Origin: an uncultured Gammaproteobacteria bacterium
Lineage (GTDB): Bacteria > Patescibacteriota > Patescibacteriia > PEXW01
NCBI GenBank assembly: GCA_964486505.1
Contig: CAZAMC010000002.1
Span: 65,656 to 129,655 of the forward strand
DNA: 64,000 nt
Direction: 5' to 3'
Part shown: in pieces, positions 46,444 to 57,148 of the stretch
Position numbering within the stretch: the first letter of the stretch is position 1
Layout of the letters: every line of letters starts with the position of its first letter
Position numbers and translations under genes: made by a program
The notes under the pieces: generated by a model
What the model was told of the DNA's origin: nothing
What the model saw: only the letters and a program-made list of their open reading frames with translations
The model's database searches: none

Positions 46444-47001
46444 TTGAAAACCTGTGCGGACTGTAATGGAAAAGGATACCATCGCGGTGGTTTCCTGTGG
46501 CTGTCGACCAAGACGTGCTCGACCTGCAAGGGCTCGGGCGAAGCGCCCCAACTGAGACCGGTTCAACGCACGCCTGAAGACGAGGCCTTCATTGGCCAGA
46601 CGTACCGCTGCGACGCCTTTCGAACGTCACGGGCGTCCACTGCTCGGCCTGCCGGGGTCGTACCTTCGCCCCAGTCAGGTGCCGATAACAACGACCCGCT
46701 GACCACTGGGCTCCTTACCGAAGCCGTGGGTGGCGATGGTCTTACGGCTGGCGTCGTTTCTTCCTTGACCGGCAGTGACACGCTCGGCGTCATCGCTGGC
46801 TTGGCGGCAGAGGGTAGCTGCACCAATGACGACCCCGATCGTTTTGGGGGTGGCCATTCCGGCGGCGCCGGTGCCAGTGGTGACTTCCACGACCCCAGTC
46901 CCAACGTCGATCACGGTAGTCATGGCGTCGACCACGGTGGCCATGACGTTGATGTTTCTGACGACGGACCCGACCTCGATTTTGACCTCGATTTCGACTA
47001 A
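46444..47001 (+). CDS. DnaJ-type CxxCxGxG zinc-finger protein with acidic Gly/Asp-rich tail (TTG start after AAGGAG)
   Basis: CADCNGKGY...CSTCKGSG; C-terminal HGVDHGGHDVDVSDDGPDLDFDLDFD. Confidence 0.5.
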   Translation: MKTCADCNGKGYHRGGFLWLSTKTCSTCKGSGEAPQLRPVQRTPEDEAFIGQTYRCDAFRTSRASTARPAGVVPSPQSGADNNDPLTTGLLTEAVGGDGLTAGVVSSLTGSDTLGVIAGLAAEGSCTNDDPDRFGGGHSGGAGASGDFHDPSPNVDHGSHGVDHGGHDVDVSDDGPDLDFDLDFD

Positions 47002-47089
47002 CAGCGAATGTTGAGCGGTACAAGTGTGCCCTTTATGAAAACCGGATGATCCACATCCGGTTTTTTCGTACGCGTGCTACGATTATGCC

Positions 47090-49582
47090 ATGTCGGAAGC
47101 TCCACAGAGGTCTACAGGCCTGTCCACGGCCGAGGCGGCGGCCCGCTTGGTTCAGTACGGGCCGAATAGCATTGCGACGAAGCGCAAGCTCCGGCCCATT
47201 GTGGCATTTGTAAAGAAGTTCAACAGCCCCCTCCTCATCATCCTCATGGGCGCGTCGGTGGTATCATTCTTCACCGGCAACCCGACGAGTGGCGCCATTC
47301 TCATTGGTATGGTGCTGCTTTCGGTCATCCTCGATTTCACGAACACCTATCGTTCTGAGCGCGCCGTGGAATCGCTCGTCGCCCGGGTGGTGACTACGGC
47401 GACGGCCATTCGGGACGGTCACGAGCAAGAAGTGCCGCTCACCAGTATCGTCCCCGGGGACGTGGTCGTTCTTTCAGCCGGCGATGTAGTACCAGCCGAT
47501 GGCCGAGTGCTGGAGGGCAATGATTTCTTTATCAACCAATCAGTGCTCACCGGCGAATCAATCCCAGTTGAGAAAGCGCCTGGTCGGGGGCGCCCGAACG
47601 CCGCTCTCGACGTGAGCGCGCCAGATGTAGTGCTCATGGGCACGAGTGTTGTGACCGGGTACGCAACGATCACGGTTGTGCAAACGGGTCGGCGAACCGA
47701 GTTTGGGAAAATTGCTGAACGCTTAACCGAGGCCGATCAGGAGACTGACTTTGAGCGCAACATGCGGAAGTTCAGCGGCTTCGTCATGTGGCTGACCTTC
47801 ATCATGGTGGTAGTGGTTTTTGCAATTAACGCCGCGGTTGGCCGGGGTTTATTTGACTCCTTTGTTTTTGCCATTGCTATCGCCGTGGGCCTCACGCCCG
47901 AACTCCTGCCTGTCATCATGTCCGTTTCGCTTAGTCGTGGTGCAGTGCGTATGGCCGCCGCGGGCGTCATCGTCAAGCATCTGCCGGCCATCCAGAATTT
48001 TGGCCGTATGGATGTGCTCTGCACCGACAAGACTGGTACGCTCACCGAGAACCGCATTGTGGTTGTGCGGTACATCGATGTTACTGGTGCTCGGGTGGAA
48101 GACGTGCTCCGCTTTGCCTACTGCACGAGCGCGTTCCACACCGGGGTTCCCAACCCGCTCGACGAAGCCGTCCGAGATTACCGGCAGTGGGACATAAGCG
48201 ACCTCAAGAAGATTGATGAGATCCCCTTTGATTTTGCTCGTCGGCGCGAGTCGGTCGTCGTGGACCAAGGGCAACGGCGCTTGCTCATCACGAAAGGTGC
48301 GCCCGAAGCGGTCTTTGATATTTGCACACAGGTAGAACGTGATCGCCGGGCTGAACCATTCGACGCCGCCGCCCGCACGCAGGCCCACGAGACGTTTACC
48401 CGGATGTCCCAGGAAGGGTACAAGGTCCTGGCGGTTGCGTACCGGGAGGTAGCGGTGCGCCAGGGAACCTACGAGCGCAATGAAGAGCAGGGGATGGTTT
48501 TCCTTGGCTACGTGGCGTTCATGGATCCGGCGAAAGACACGGCCAAAGAGGCGCTCGCGGAATTGGAGCACCTGGGTATTGGCGTGAAAATTCTCACCGG
48601 CGATAACGAGCTACTTACGGCAAAGGTGTGCCGGGACCTGGATTTGCCCATCACCGGAATTATGACCGGCGAGCAGATGCGAAACCTGAGCACCCTTGAG
48701 CTGCGCAAAGCCGTCGTGGACACGACCATCTTCGCTCGCATTACCCCGGAGCAGAAGGAGCGGATTATCCGCACCTTGCAGGAGGTTGGAAAGGTCGTCG
48801 GTTACCTGGGCGATGGCATTAACGATGCGCCGGCTTTGAAAGCTGCTGATGTGGGGGTGTCGGTGAACAACGCCGTGGACGTCGCCAAGGAAACCGCAGA
48901 CTTCATCCTGCTCAAGAAAAGTTTACGCGTGCTCAAAGACGGAGTCATTGAAGGTCGCCGGACGTTCCGCAATACCATGAAGTACGTGTTCATGGGCTTG
49001 AGCTCCAACTTTGGCAACATGGCTTCTATGGTTGCGGCATCGGCGTTCCTGCCCTTCCTGCCCATGCTGCCGCCGCAAGTTCTCCTAAATAACTTCCTCT
49101 ACGACTCTTCGCAACTTTCGTTGGCCTCCGATCGGGTTGATGATGCCGACATTGTCCGCCCCACGGCCTGGAACCTTCACGCCATACGCCAGTACATGCT
49201 CACCTTCGGGCCCATTAGTTCACTCTTCGACTTCATCACGTTTGGTTTCCTCTTTTGGATGTTTCGGAATGCGGAGCACCAGTTTCAAACCGGTTGGTTC
49301 ATGGAATCCATTGCCACCCAGGTTTTCGTCATTTACATCATTCGGACACGCAAGATTCCTTTCTTGCAGAGCCGGCCCAGCCGGCTGTTGCTGGTGAACA
49401 CGCTCTTGGTGGTGGCGGTCGCATGGCTGCTGCCACACTTGCCATTCACCCGCGTCCTCAATTTCCAACCCTTGCCACTCGGGATCATCGGCGGGCTCCT
49501 GGGCATCGTAGTTGCATACCTCCTGGTCGTGGAGGTGGTAAAGCACTGGTTTTACAAACGTGAAGCTCGCCTAAGCACCTAG
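47090..49582 (+). CDS. mgtA: magnesium-translocating P-type ATPase
   Basis: DKTGTLT phosphorylation site, TGES, GDGINDAPAL, 10 TM; overall MgtA/MgtB-like. Confidence 0.9.
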   Translation: MSEAPQRSTGLSTAEAAARLVQYGPNSIATKRKLRPIVAFVKKFNSPLLIILMGASVVSFFTGNPTSGAILIGMVLLSVILDFTNTYRSERAVESLVARVVTTATAIRDGHEQEVPLTSIVPGDVVVLSAGDVVPADGRVLEGNDFFINQSVLTGESIPVEKAPGRGRPNAALDVSAPDVVLMGTSVVTGYATITVVQTGRRTEFGKIAERLTEADQETDFERNMRKFSGFVMWLTFIMVVVVFAINAAVGRGLFDSFVFAIAIAVGLTPELLPVIMSVSLSRGAVRMAAAGVIVKHLPAIQNFGRMDVLCTDKTGTLTENRIVVVRYIDVTGARVEDVLRFAYCTSAFHTGVPNPLDEAVRDYRQWDISDLKKIDEIPFDFARRRESVVVDQGQRRLLITKGAPEAVFDICTQVERDRRAEPFDAAARTQAHETFTRMSQEGYKVLAVAYREVAVRQGTYERNEEQGMVFLGYVAFMDPAKDTAKEALAELEHLGIGVKILTGDNELLTAKVCRDLDLPITGIMTGEQMRNLSTLELRKAVVDTTIFARITPEQKERIIRTLQEVGKVVGYLGDGINDAPALKAADVGVSVNNAVDVAKETADFILLKKSLRVLKDGVIEGRRTFRNTMKYVFMGLSSNFGNMASMVAASAFLPFLPMLPPQVLLNNFLYDSSQLSLASDRVDDADIVRPTAWNLHAIRQYMLTFGPISSLFDFITFGFLFWMFRNAEHQFQTGWFMESIATQVFVIYIIRTRKIPFLQSRPSRLLLVNTLLVVAVAWLLPHLPFTRVLNFQPLPLGIIGGLLGIVVAYLLVVEVVKHWFYKREARLST

Positions 49583-49585
49583 CCT

Positions 49586-50005
49586 ATGCAGTGGATTATT
49601 TTTGCGCTTCTCTCGGCCGCCTTCGCCGCGCTCGTTGCCATCTTTGGGAAAATTGGCATTAAGGGTATTGACTCCACCTTGGCCACCAGCGTCCGCGCCG
49701 TGGTTATGGCAGTGTTCCTCGTGGTGGTCGCCCTCGTGCTGGGGAAAGCGAAACTCCTGCACACTATTGAGAATCGAACGCTGCTCTTCATCGTTTTCTC
49801 AGGGGTTGCCGGAGCGCTCTCCTGGCTCTTCTACTTTTTTGCGCTTAAAACCGGTCCGGCCACTGGCGTGGCGGCCTTGGACCGGATGAGCGTAGTATTC
49901 GTGCTCATCCTCGCGGCGCTGTTCCTGGGCGAGCACCTCACCTGGAAGACTGGTCTTGGCGGCGTGCTCATTACCGCCGGGGCGGTGCTCATGACCCTGA
50001 AGTAG
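49586..50005 (+). CDS. EamA/DMT-superfamily small permease (single 4-TM EamA repeat)
   Basis: 139 aa, 4 TM, FAALVAIFGKIGIKG motif. Confidence 0.65.
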   Translation: MQWIIFALLSAAFAALVAIFGKIGIKGIDSTLATSVRAVVMAVFLVVVALVLGKAKLLHTIENRTLLFIVFSGVAGALSWLFYFFALKTGPATGVAALDRMSVVFVLILAALFLGEHLTWKTGLGGVLITAGAVLMTLK

Positions 50006-50053
50006 CAAAAAACTCCCCATCGCAACAGGGAGCTTTTTGGGTAATCAGTGGCC

Positions 50054-51154
50054 TTACACCCGTTTCTCTTCGAACCGGAAAGTGAAGATGGCAAGGAAAA
50101 CGAGGACCACAGCCCAGCCCGTCACCCAGGCGAGGTCACCTTTGATCACATTAAAGCCCGCGCCGTTGCCGACGATCTCCCGTAAGGCATGGGCAAAAGG
50201 CTGCAAGGGGAGGTAGGTGACAACACTTTGCAGCCAGCCGGGCATGCTGCTGGTGGGGAAGAAGATGCCCGAGAGGAAGAGCATGGGGAAGATGATGATG
50301 TTGGCAATCGCGGGCACGGCGTCCACGGTTTTGGATAAACCGGAAATGGTAAAGCCCAACCCGAGGAACATGATGCCGCCTAGGAGCACCGTGAGCAGGA
50401 TGAGCAGGGGGTTACCGTAGATGTGGGACTTGAAGATGAGGGCGCCCACTAAGAGCAGAACGCCGGATTGCACCACAGCCACGATGAGGCGGGTGATAAC
50501 CTGCGAGACAACGAAGTCCTGTGGCTTCATAGGTGTAGCCAGCAAGCGCTTTAAGATGCCCTTTTCTTTGTAGTCCGTGAACAGGAAGGCCACCGAGAAC
50601 ACGGCCATTTGCATGATGGACATGGCGACGATCCCGGGCAAGAGGAAGTCGATGTACCGCACTTTCTTGGCGTTGATGTCCTGTACCTGCAAGTTGAAGA
50701 GCGTCGGCGCTTGCGCAACTTGCAGCGTGGTCTTGTCGAAGAGTTGCGTCAGGATGGTAATAGCGGTTTGCGCCTGCTGTTCGTAGGCAACGTTTTTGAG
50801 AATGGAAACATCCTTCGCGCTCGGTGCAGTTTTCGCGGCGGGATCTGGAAACAGGTCGTTCGGCACGAGCAGCACAACCGCGCGGTCACCTTTCTGCAGG
50901 GCGGCCCGTTCATCGGCTTCGGTGCCGGTATGCACGTGGAATGCTTCTATGTTGTTGATGGATTCTACGAACGCAGCGGTGGCGGCGGCCGGCTTGTCGG
51001 TCACAATACCCAAGTCAATCTGCTGCGGCTTGTCGAAGCCAATGAGGCCGAAGATGCCAATGAAGATGAAGGGCATGAACAGGGTGAAGAAGAGTGCCTG
51101 CTTGTTGCGCACGAACATCTTCAGCGATGCGGCAGTGAGGGTTCGAATCGTCAT
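50054..51154 (-). CDS. ABC-2 type transporter permease
   Basis: N-terminal TM + large periplasmic loop + 5 C-terminal TM helices. Confidence 0.8.
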   Translation of the reverse strand: MTIRTLTAASLKMFVRNKQALFFTLFMPFIFIGIFGLIGFDKPQQIDLGIVTDKPAAATAAFVESINNIEAFHVHTGTEADERAALQKGDRAVVLLVPNDLFPDPAAKTAPSAKDVSILKNVAYEQQAQTAITILTQLFDKTTLQVAQAPTLFNLQVQDINAKKVRYIDFLLPGIVAMSIMQMAVFSVAFLFTDYKEKGILKRLLATPMKPQDFVVSQVITRLIVAVVQSGVLLLVGALIFKSHIYGNPLLILLTVLLGGIMFLGLGFTISGLSKTVDAVPAIANIIIFPMLFLSGIFFPTSSMPGWLQSVVTYLPLQPFAHALREIVGNGAGFNVIKGDLAWVTGWAVVLVFLAIFTFRFEEKRV

Positions 51155-51178
51155 AGGGGTAGGGGAGTGATCGTGAGG

Positions 51179-52096
51179 TTATTCGCGGAGCTTTCGGCCG
51201 GTGAGCTTGAGGAACACGTCTTCCAGTGTGGCTTGGTGCACCTGCACATCGTGAAGGGCAATGCCCTGTTGCTGCGCAAAGGTGAACAGGGCAGGCAAGG
51301 TGACTTCGGGTTGCTTGGTCTTCAGAGTAAAGGCGTGGTCGTGCACCTCGGTGGCGGTAACCCCCGGGATGCTCTGCAAGTTGCTCATCTCAACTTTTTT
51401 GTCCACGTGACACTCGATAGTTGTGCCAACATCGGCAAGTTTTAAGAGGCCCGTGGGCGTATCCAGCGCGATAATTTTTGCATTGTCCATGATGGCAATG
51501 CGGTCGCAGAGTACCTCCGCTTCCTCCATGTAGTGCGTGGTGAGAATAATGGTTACGCCGCGACCCTTGATTTGGTTAATGAGGTCCCAGAGGTTGCGTC
51601 GAGCTTGGGGGTCTAAGCCCGTGGTCGGTTCGTCGAGGAACAGTACTTTTGGCTTGTTCACGAGCGCAACGGCAATTGACAAGCGTTGTTTCTGCCCGCC
51701 GGAGAGCTCCTTAACCCTGCTCTTTGCTTTTTCTTCAAGCTGCACTTCACGCAGGAGTTCCATGGCATCTACCTTCTGCTTGTAGAGAGCGCCGAAGGTC
51801 TCGATGAGCTCCTTGAGGTTAAGACCGTCGAAGAATGTCGAAGACTGGAGCTGCACACCAATGACTGCCTTCACGTCTCGGGTGTGGGTGGTGACATCCT
51901 TGCCGTCCAGCACCACGCTGCCGCTCGTAATACCCTTGAGACCCTCCATCATTTCCAGGGTGGTCGTTTTTCCAGCGCCATTGGGGCCAAGAATACCAAA
52001 CGTTTCGCCTTGGTGAACGGCGAATTGAATGCTATCCACAGCGGTAAAGTCGCCGTAGACTTTTTTGAGATTTGAAACCGTGATGATGTCGGCCAT
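51179..52096 (-). CDS. ABC transporter ATP-binding protein
   Basis: GPNGAGKTT Walker A, LSGGQKQRLSIA signature, [12 protein letters not shown] Walker B. Confidence 0.9.
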   Translation of the reverse strand: MADIITVSNLKKVYGDFTAVDSIQFAVHQGETFGILGPNGAGKTTTLEMMEGLKGITSGSVVLDGKDVTTHTRDVKAVIGVQLQSSTFFDGLNLKELIETFGALYKQKVDAMELLREVQLEEKAKSRVKELSGGQKQRLSIAVALVNKPKVLFLDEPTTGLDPQARRNLWDLINQIKGRGVTIILTTHYMEEAEVLCDRIAIMDNAKIIALDTPTGLLKLADVGTTIECHVDKKVEMSNLQSIPGVTATEVHDHAFTLKTKQPEVTLPALFTFAQQQGIALHDVQVHQATLEDVFLKLTGRKLRE

Positions 52097-52103
52097 AGGG
52101 GTG

Positions 52104-52553
52104 TTAGGCTGAGAGACCTTGGATGAGAATGTCGAGAGTTTTAAGTAGGGAGTGACGCTGCACCGTCGTTATGCGCTGAAAGGCTTTAGTAAACTGGCTT
52201 TCGAGAATGTGGGCGGCGTGCTCGGCAATACGTTTTCCCTGAGGCGTGAGCGTGAGCTGGTTAGTGCGGCGACTGGTGGGATCCTGAACGAGGTGCACCA
52301 GCTTGTTTCGCTGGAGCGTTGCCAGCATCCGGCTCACGGCGGGTTCGGTGAGCCCATGGTACTGGGCAATGGTTCGCTGGTTGAGCTTGGCCCCGTGCAG
52401 CAGGGCAATGAGAATCCGAAACTGGGCGAAGGTGAGGTCACCCGCCACGCGCAGTCGCTGCTCAGCAGCGCGGCCCATGAGGCACGCGAGTTTGTGCACG
52501 CGCACGCCAATGTCTTTGGCAAAGGTTGTAGGCATGTACGCTAGAGGGTACAC
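52104..52553 (-). CDS. MarR-family transcriptional regulator (first gene of ABC exporter operon)
   Basis: wHTH LNQRTIAQYHGLTEPAVSRMLATLQRNKLV. Confidence 0.8.
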   Translation of the reverse strand: MYPLAYMPTTFAKDIGVRVHKLACLMGRAAEQRLRVAGDLTFAQFRILIALLHGAKLNQRTIAQYHGLTEPAVSRMLATLQRNKLVHLVQDPTSRRTNQLTLTPQGKRIAEHAAHILESQFTKAFQRITTVQRHSLLKTLDILIQGLSA

Positions 52554-52611
52554 CTCAACAGTTTACATGTCAAGTATTTGGCGCTCCCCGTGATTATGAT
52601 ACGCTGGACCT

Positions 52612-53442
52612 ATGAAAAAAATCCTCACCGTGTTGGGTATTATCAGCGCTGTGCTCTTGCCGCTCTCAACCGTGTCGGCCGCGAGTATCGTGCACAAAAA
52701 TTCCTCGTGGCGGACATTCAGTGTGGCCACCAGTCGCGGGACCTTTACGGGCCAGGTGATTACCATCAACCTGACCAACCCGAAGCTCCACGTCTACACC
52801 CAAACTGGTAACCTGACGGACTGTAAAACCAATTGCACGGTTGCACCGCTGAAGAAATACGTCGATCGGGTTCGGGGTTTTGCTGGCATTAATGGGACGT
52901 ACTTCTGTCCTGCGGAGTATCCCTCCTGCTCTGGTCAAACTGGTTCGTACTACTGGATGGTCTATAACACGTTGCGCCACGTCTTCATTAACCAAAAGCA
53001 GAATCGTTTCAATCTTGGGCCGCTCGTGGCTTTCGACACGGAAAACCACTGGCACTTCTGGCGAGAGGCTAGGGACTGGCCGGGGTTAGCCGCTTTTGAG
53101 GACCAGTACGACACGAAATTGACCGCCCTCATTTCCAACGGGCCCGCCCTTATGGTGGGCGGGAAGCTGGTGGTGACTGCAAGTGAGCTGGATAATAAGC
53201 AGCGAACTGTGAAGAGTGCCCGCAGCGCCCTTGCCTTTAAGGGCGTGAACGCATACCTCATCGTGGTGAACGGCGCAACGGTATTGGATTCTGGGGCGGT
53301 AATGAAAGCATTTGGCATGTCCTACGCTATGAACCTCGATGGCGGCGGTTCCTCGGCCCTCGTATTCGATAACCAGTACCGGGTGGGTCCGGGTAGGAAC
53401 ATCCCCAATGCCCTGATTTTCTCGGAGTACCTGGTACAGTAG
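52612..53442 (+). CDS. secreted phosphodiester glycosidase family protein (DUF2233/NAGPA-like)
   Basis: signal peptide; ...GINGTYF..., NLDGGGSSAL motif. Confidence 0.7.
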   Translation: MKKILTVLGIISAVLLPLSTVSAASIVHKNSSWRTFSVATSRGTFTGQVITINLTNPKLHVYTQTGNLTDCKTNCTVAPLKKYVDRVRGFAGINGTYFCPAEYPSCSGQTGSYYWMVYNTLRHVFINQKQNRFNLGPLVAFDTENHWHFWREARDWPGLAAFEDQYDTKLTALISNGPALMVGGKLVVTASELDNKQRTVKSARSALAFKGVNAYLIVVNGATVLDSGAVMKAFGMSYAMNLDGGGSSALVFDNQYRVGPGRNIPNALIFSEYLVQ

Positions 53443-53476
53443 GGGCTTTTTCCATCGGCCGTCCTCGTGGTATCCT

Positions 53477-54529
53477 GTGGCTATGCAAACTTGGCGAACC
53501 CTTGGCGTTATCAGCGCTAGCTGCGTCCTCGCAGTGGCTCTTACGGCGTGTGGGAAGCCGCCCGCCAATACCAACGTGGTAGACGAGAACGCGAATGCCA
53601 ATGAGAACGTGAATGCGGAAGTCCCCGATGTGAACGCGAATGCCAATGAGAACGTGAATGCAGATGCCAACGCGAATGGGAACACGAACGGGTCGGTGGA
53701 CGCGAACGTCAATGGCAGCCAAGACTTAGATGACGACGGGCTCACGAACGATCAGGAGCGGCTGTACAAGACCGATCCTCTGAACGCCGATACCGACGCC
53801 GACGGGTACAAGGACGGGGTGGAAGTAGCAACTGGGTATGATCCCACCAAGCTGCCCGAGGAAGACCCAAAGGTCATAAGCCAGTTGAAGCCGGTGAATA
53901 CCCCCGGTTTGCCAGCACCGCCAGTACGGGCCACGGCGCTCAAGGCAGCGCAGAGTTTTCCATTTCGAGCCACGAAGACCGATGGGCAGGTGACCATTCG
54001 CCTCGACTCGAAGGTTGCAATGTCCATTGTGAATTTCGCCCTCGACTTTGCGGGCGGCGTAGATAACCGAGGACCCGCACTGAACCTGGATAACCGCTAC
54101 GCGCTGCTTGGCGGGACCTTTGATAAAGGCAAAGTCTGGGCCGCAGGCCGCGACTTCGTAAAAGGGCCGCACTACATGTCCACGAGCAACACCGTTGGGA
54201 CCCTCACGCTCTTCCCGGCACCGACCCCGCCCTTCTCTATTGATGGTCGCGGTGAAGGCGGGATTGAAGATGCAGCGGCGGTATCCATGAATACGTTTGT
54301 GGCGGATTTCCCGAAGAGCGGCACCTACAAGTTTGAATTCGGGGTCGCCCGAGGCAAGGCCAAGATTGCCATAGAGAATACCAACCTGGTGTTCAAGGAT
54401 AAGGTGTACGCTGAAGTGGAGAGCATTAAACCCGTTACGGTCACGGCTGACGTTGCCGAAGGTTTACACACCATTACCATTCAGGGGCAAGAATTCCCGT
54501 CCTGGTCCCTCCGCGTTTCTAAAATGTAG
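53477..54529 (+). CDS. lipoprotein with N/A-rich low-complexity linker and TSP3-like Ca-binding motifs
   Basis: lipobox LTAC; NANANENVNAEVPDVNANANENVNADANANGNTNG; DDDGLTNDQERLYKTDPLNADTDADGYKDGVE. Confidence 0.65.
   Translation: MAMQTWRTLGVISASCVLAVALTACGKPPANTNVVDENANANENVNAEVPDVNANANENVNADANANGNTNGSVDANVNGSQDLDDDGLTNDQERLYKTDPLNADTDADGYKDGVEVATGYDPTKLPEEDPKVISQLKPVNTPGLPAPPVRATALKAAQSFPFRATKTDGQVTIRLDSKVAMSIVNFALDFAGGVDNRGPALNLDNRYALLGGTFDKGKVWAAGRDFVKGPHYMSTSNTVGTLTLFPAPTPPFSIDGRGEGGIEDAAAVSMNTFVADFPKSGTYKFEFGVARGKAKIAIENTNLVFKDKVYAEVESIKPVTVTADVAEGLHTITIQGQEFPSWSLRVSKM
53587..53661 (+). repeat. tandem 30-nt direct repeat (period 45 nt) inside lipoprotein gene
   Basis: gaacgcgaatgccaatgagaacgtgaatgc at 53587-53616 and 53632-53661. 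Confidence 0.85.
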
Positions 54530-54635
54530 CGAAAACCCGGGGCCGCCTACCGACCGGAGGTGTCTTCGGTTGTTAGACCTTGCTCATTTTTTAGCAGGGC
54601 GGTAGAGTAAACGTACGCTAATGTACTAGGAGTTT

Positions 54636-55028
54636 ATGGCCTTCTTCTCCACCCGTTCGGACTACGCGCTCATCATGCTCCGCGCCCTGCTACGGGCAAA
54701 GGGGTATACCTCGCTGCGGATTGTAGCGAAACAGAATCGTTTGCCGTACCGGTACGTGAGTCGGCTTGCGGGGGACCTGAAGAAAGCCGGTTTCCTCAAA
54801 AGTCGAGAGGGCGTTCTTGGCGGCTACGCCTTGGCAAAGAAGCCCAAGGATATTCGGCTCCTGGACGTCATTGAGCTCCTGGACGGTCCTATGGCGCCTA
54901 CGCGCTGCATCGCATCGCCAGGCACCTGCCCACGGGAAGCTAACTGCCCGCTCAAGCCGCACTGGACCACAATGCACCGGGCTATTCATAGCCAGATTGC
55001 CCGCTATACGCTAGCGAGTATTGCCTAA
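54636..55028 (+). CDS. Rrf2-family Fe-S-cluster-sensing transcriptional regulator (IscR/SufR-like)
   Basis: N-terminal HTH SDYALIMLRAL, three-Cys cluster CIASPGTCPREANC. Confidence 0.8.
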   Translation: MAFFSTRSDYALIMLRALLRAKGYTSLRIVAKQNRLPYRYVSRLAGDLKKAGFLKSREGVLGGYALAKKPKDIRLLDVIELLDGPMAPTRCIASPGTCPREANCPLKPHWTTMHRAIHSQIARYTLASIA

Positions 55029-55034
55029 GCCCGC

Positions 55035-55766
55035 ATGGCGTTTTCTGTTGAACACCTCGCGGTCCGCGTCGAGGGGAAGCACATTCTCCACGACGTTTCG
55101 CTGTGCGTCCAGCCCGGTGAAGTGCACGCCCTCATGGGCCCCAATGGTTCGGGAAAGTCGACCCTCGCCAATGCCCTCATGGGGCACCCGCAGTACGCCA
55201 TCACCGGCGGGAATATTGTAGTTGACGGGCAGGATGTAACGGCGTCTCGGCCAGACGAGCGGGCAATCGCGGGCGTGTTCCTCTCATTCCAGTACCCGGT
55301 AGAAATTCCGGGGGTGTCGGTGCAGAATTTTCTCCGCACTGCTTGGCGCAGCACGCACGCGGGGCAACTGGACCATAAAGCGTTCACAGCTCGGCTTCAG
55401 CAGGCGGCAGCGGATTTGCAGGTGGACGCCGCGTTCGTAAAGCGAGCGATTAACGAAGGCTTCTCGGGCGGGGAGAAGAAGCGCATGGAAATGCTTCAGC
55501 TCGCTGTGCTCCAGCCCAAGTACGCCATCCTCGATGAAACCGATTCGGGCTTGGATGTGGATGCTTTGAAGATTGTTGCGCAAGGCGTGCAGGCGGCCCG
55601 GCACGCGGGTGTGGGTATCCTCCTCATCACCCACTACTCGCGGATACTCGAGTTCGTCGTGCCGGATTACGTGCACGTGCTCGTGGGTGGAACCATTGTC
55701 CAATCGGGGACCAAAGACCTGGCGTACGCCATTGAGCGCACCGGGTACAAGGAGGTTGTACGGTGA
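55035..55766 (+). CDS. sufC: Fe-S cluster assembly ATPase SufC
   Basis: [27 protein letters not shown]. Confidence 0.95.
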   Translation: MAFSVEHLAVRVEGKHILHDVSLCVQPGEVHALMGPNGSGKSTLANALMGHPQYAITGGNIVVDGQDVTASRPDERAIAGVFLSFQYPVEIPGVSVQNFLRTAWRSTHAGQLDHKAFTARLQQAAADLQVDAAFVKRAINEGFSGGEKKRMEMLQLAVLQPKYAILDETDSGLDVDALKIVAQGVQAARHAGVGILLITHYSRILEFVVPDYVHVLVGGTIVQSGTKDLAYAIERTGYKEVVR

Positions 55767-57148
55767 AAGAGGCTGTTGCACAGGATGTAACCCAGGCCGA
55801 TCCGATTGCGTACCAGTACATCGCGAAGCCGGGACTATCGAAGTCCACGGTGGAGCACATCTCCCACTTTAAGAACGAGCCGGATTGGATGCGGGCCGCG
55901 CGGCTTCGGGCGCTGGAGATTTTTCACAAGAAGCATCTACCGCAGTGGGGTGGCGAGCTAGGCGATATTGACTTCCAAGCTATCCACTACTTCCTGAGCC
56001 CTACCGGGAAGCTCGCCCGCACCTGGGACGATGTGCCAGTGGATATTCGCAACACGTACAACAAGATTGGTATCCCGGAGGCGGAGCAGAAGTACCTCGG
56101 CGGAGTCATGGCTCAGTACGAATCCGAGGCCGTGTACCATTCGTTACGGGAGAACCTCGCCAAGCAGGGGGTGCTCTTCCTAGACATGGATGCGGGCCTG
56201 CGTGAACATCCGGATATTGTCCGGCAGTATTTTGGCACGGTTATTCCGGCGGGCGACAACAAGTTCGCCGCGCTCAATACCGCTGTGTGGAGTGGCGGGA
56301 GCTTCGTGTACGTGCCGGCCGGGGTGAAGGTCACTATTCCATTGCAAGCCTACTTCCGTATCAATGCGCCGCGCGCCGGGCAGTTTGAGCGTACGCTCAT
56401 CGTGGCCGAGGAGGGGAGCGAAGTGCACTACGTAGAAGGCTGCACCGCCCCGGTGTACGCCGCTGATAGCCTCCATGCCGCGGTGGTGGAAATCATTGTG
56501 AAGAAGGGCGCCCGCGTGCGGTACACCACGGTGCAGAACTGGTCGAAGAATGTGTACAACCTGGTAACAAAACGCGCGTACGTGTACGAGGACGCCACCA
56601 TGGAGTGGGTGGATGGAAACCTGGGGTCAAAGCTCACTATGAAGTACCCGAGTGTGTACTTGTTGGGGCGGGGGGCGCGGGGCGACGTGCTTTCCATTGC
56701 CTTTGCGGGTGATGGCCAGCACCAGGATGCCGGTGGCAAGGCCGTTCACGGCGCGCCCGACACACGGTCGACCATCATCTCCAAGTCTATTAGCAAAGAA
56801 CGCGGGCGCACGTCATACCGGGGCCTGGTGCAAATTCCGCGCGGCGCTACGGGCTGCAAGTCCTCGGTGGTGTGTGATGCGCTCTTGCTGGACGACTCCT
56901 CACGTTCCGACACCTACCCAACCATGGATATTCGGGAAGCCGACGTGAGCATTGCGCACGAAGCCAGCGTGGGCAAAATTGGTGAGGAGCAGCTCTTCTA
57001 CCTCATGTCGCGCGGCATCCCAGACCAAGAGGCGCGCAGCCTCATTGTGCAAGGTTTCATTGAGCCCATTGCCAAAGAGCTGCCCCTGGAATACGCCGTG
57101 GAGCTCAACCGGCTCATTCGATTGGAAATGGAAGGGAGCGTAGGATGA
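55763..57148 (+). CDS. sufB: Fe-S cluster assembly scaffold SufB
   Basis: overlaps sufC stop; conserved C-terminal ...CDALLLDD...[27 protein letters not shown]. Confidence 0.95.
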   Translation: MKEAVAQDVTQADPIAYQYIAKPGLSKSTVEHISHFKNEPDWMRAARLRALEIFHKKHLPQWGGELGDIDFQAIHYFLSPTGKLARTWDDVPVDIRNTYNKIGIPEAEQKYLGGVMAQYESEAVYHSLRENLAKQGVLFLDMDAGLREHPDIVRQYFGTVIPAGDNKFAALNTAVWSGGSFVYVPAGVKVTIPLQAYFRINAPRAGQFERTLIVAEEGSEVHYVEGCTAPVYAADSLHAAVVEIIVKKGARVRYTTVQNWSKNVYNLVTKRAYVYEDATMEWVDGNLGSKLTMKYPSVYLLGRGARGDVLSIAFAGDGQHQDAGGKAVHGAPDTRSTIISKSISKERGRTSYRGLVQIPRGATGCKSSVVCDALLLDDSSRSDTYPTMDIREADVSIAHEASVGKIGEEQLFYLMSRGIPDQEARSLIVQGFIEPIAKELPLEYAVELNRLIRLEMEGSVG

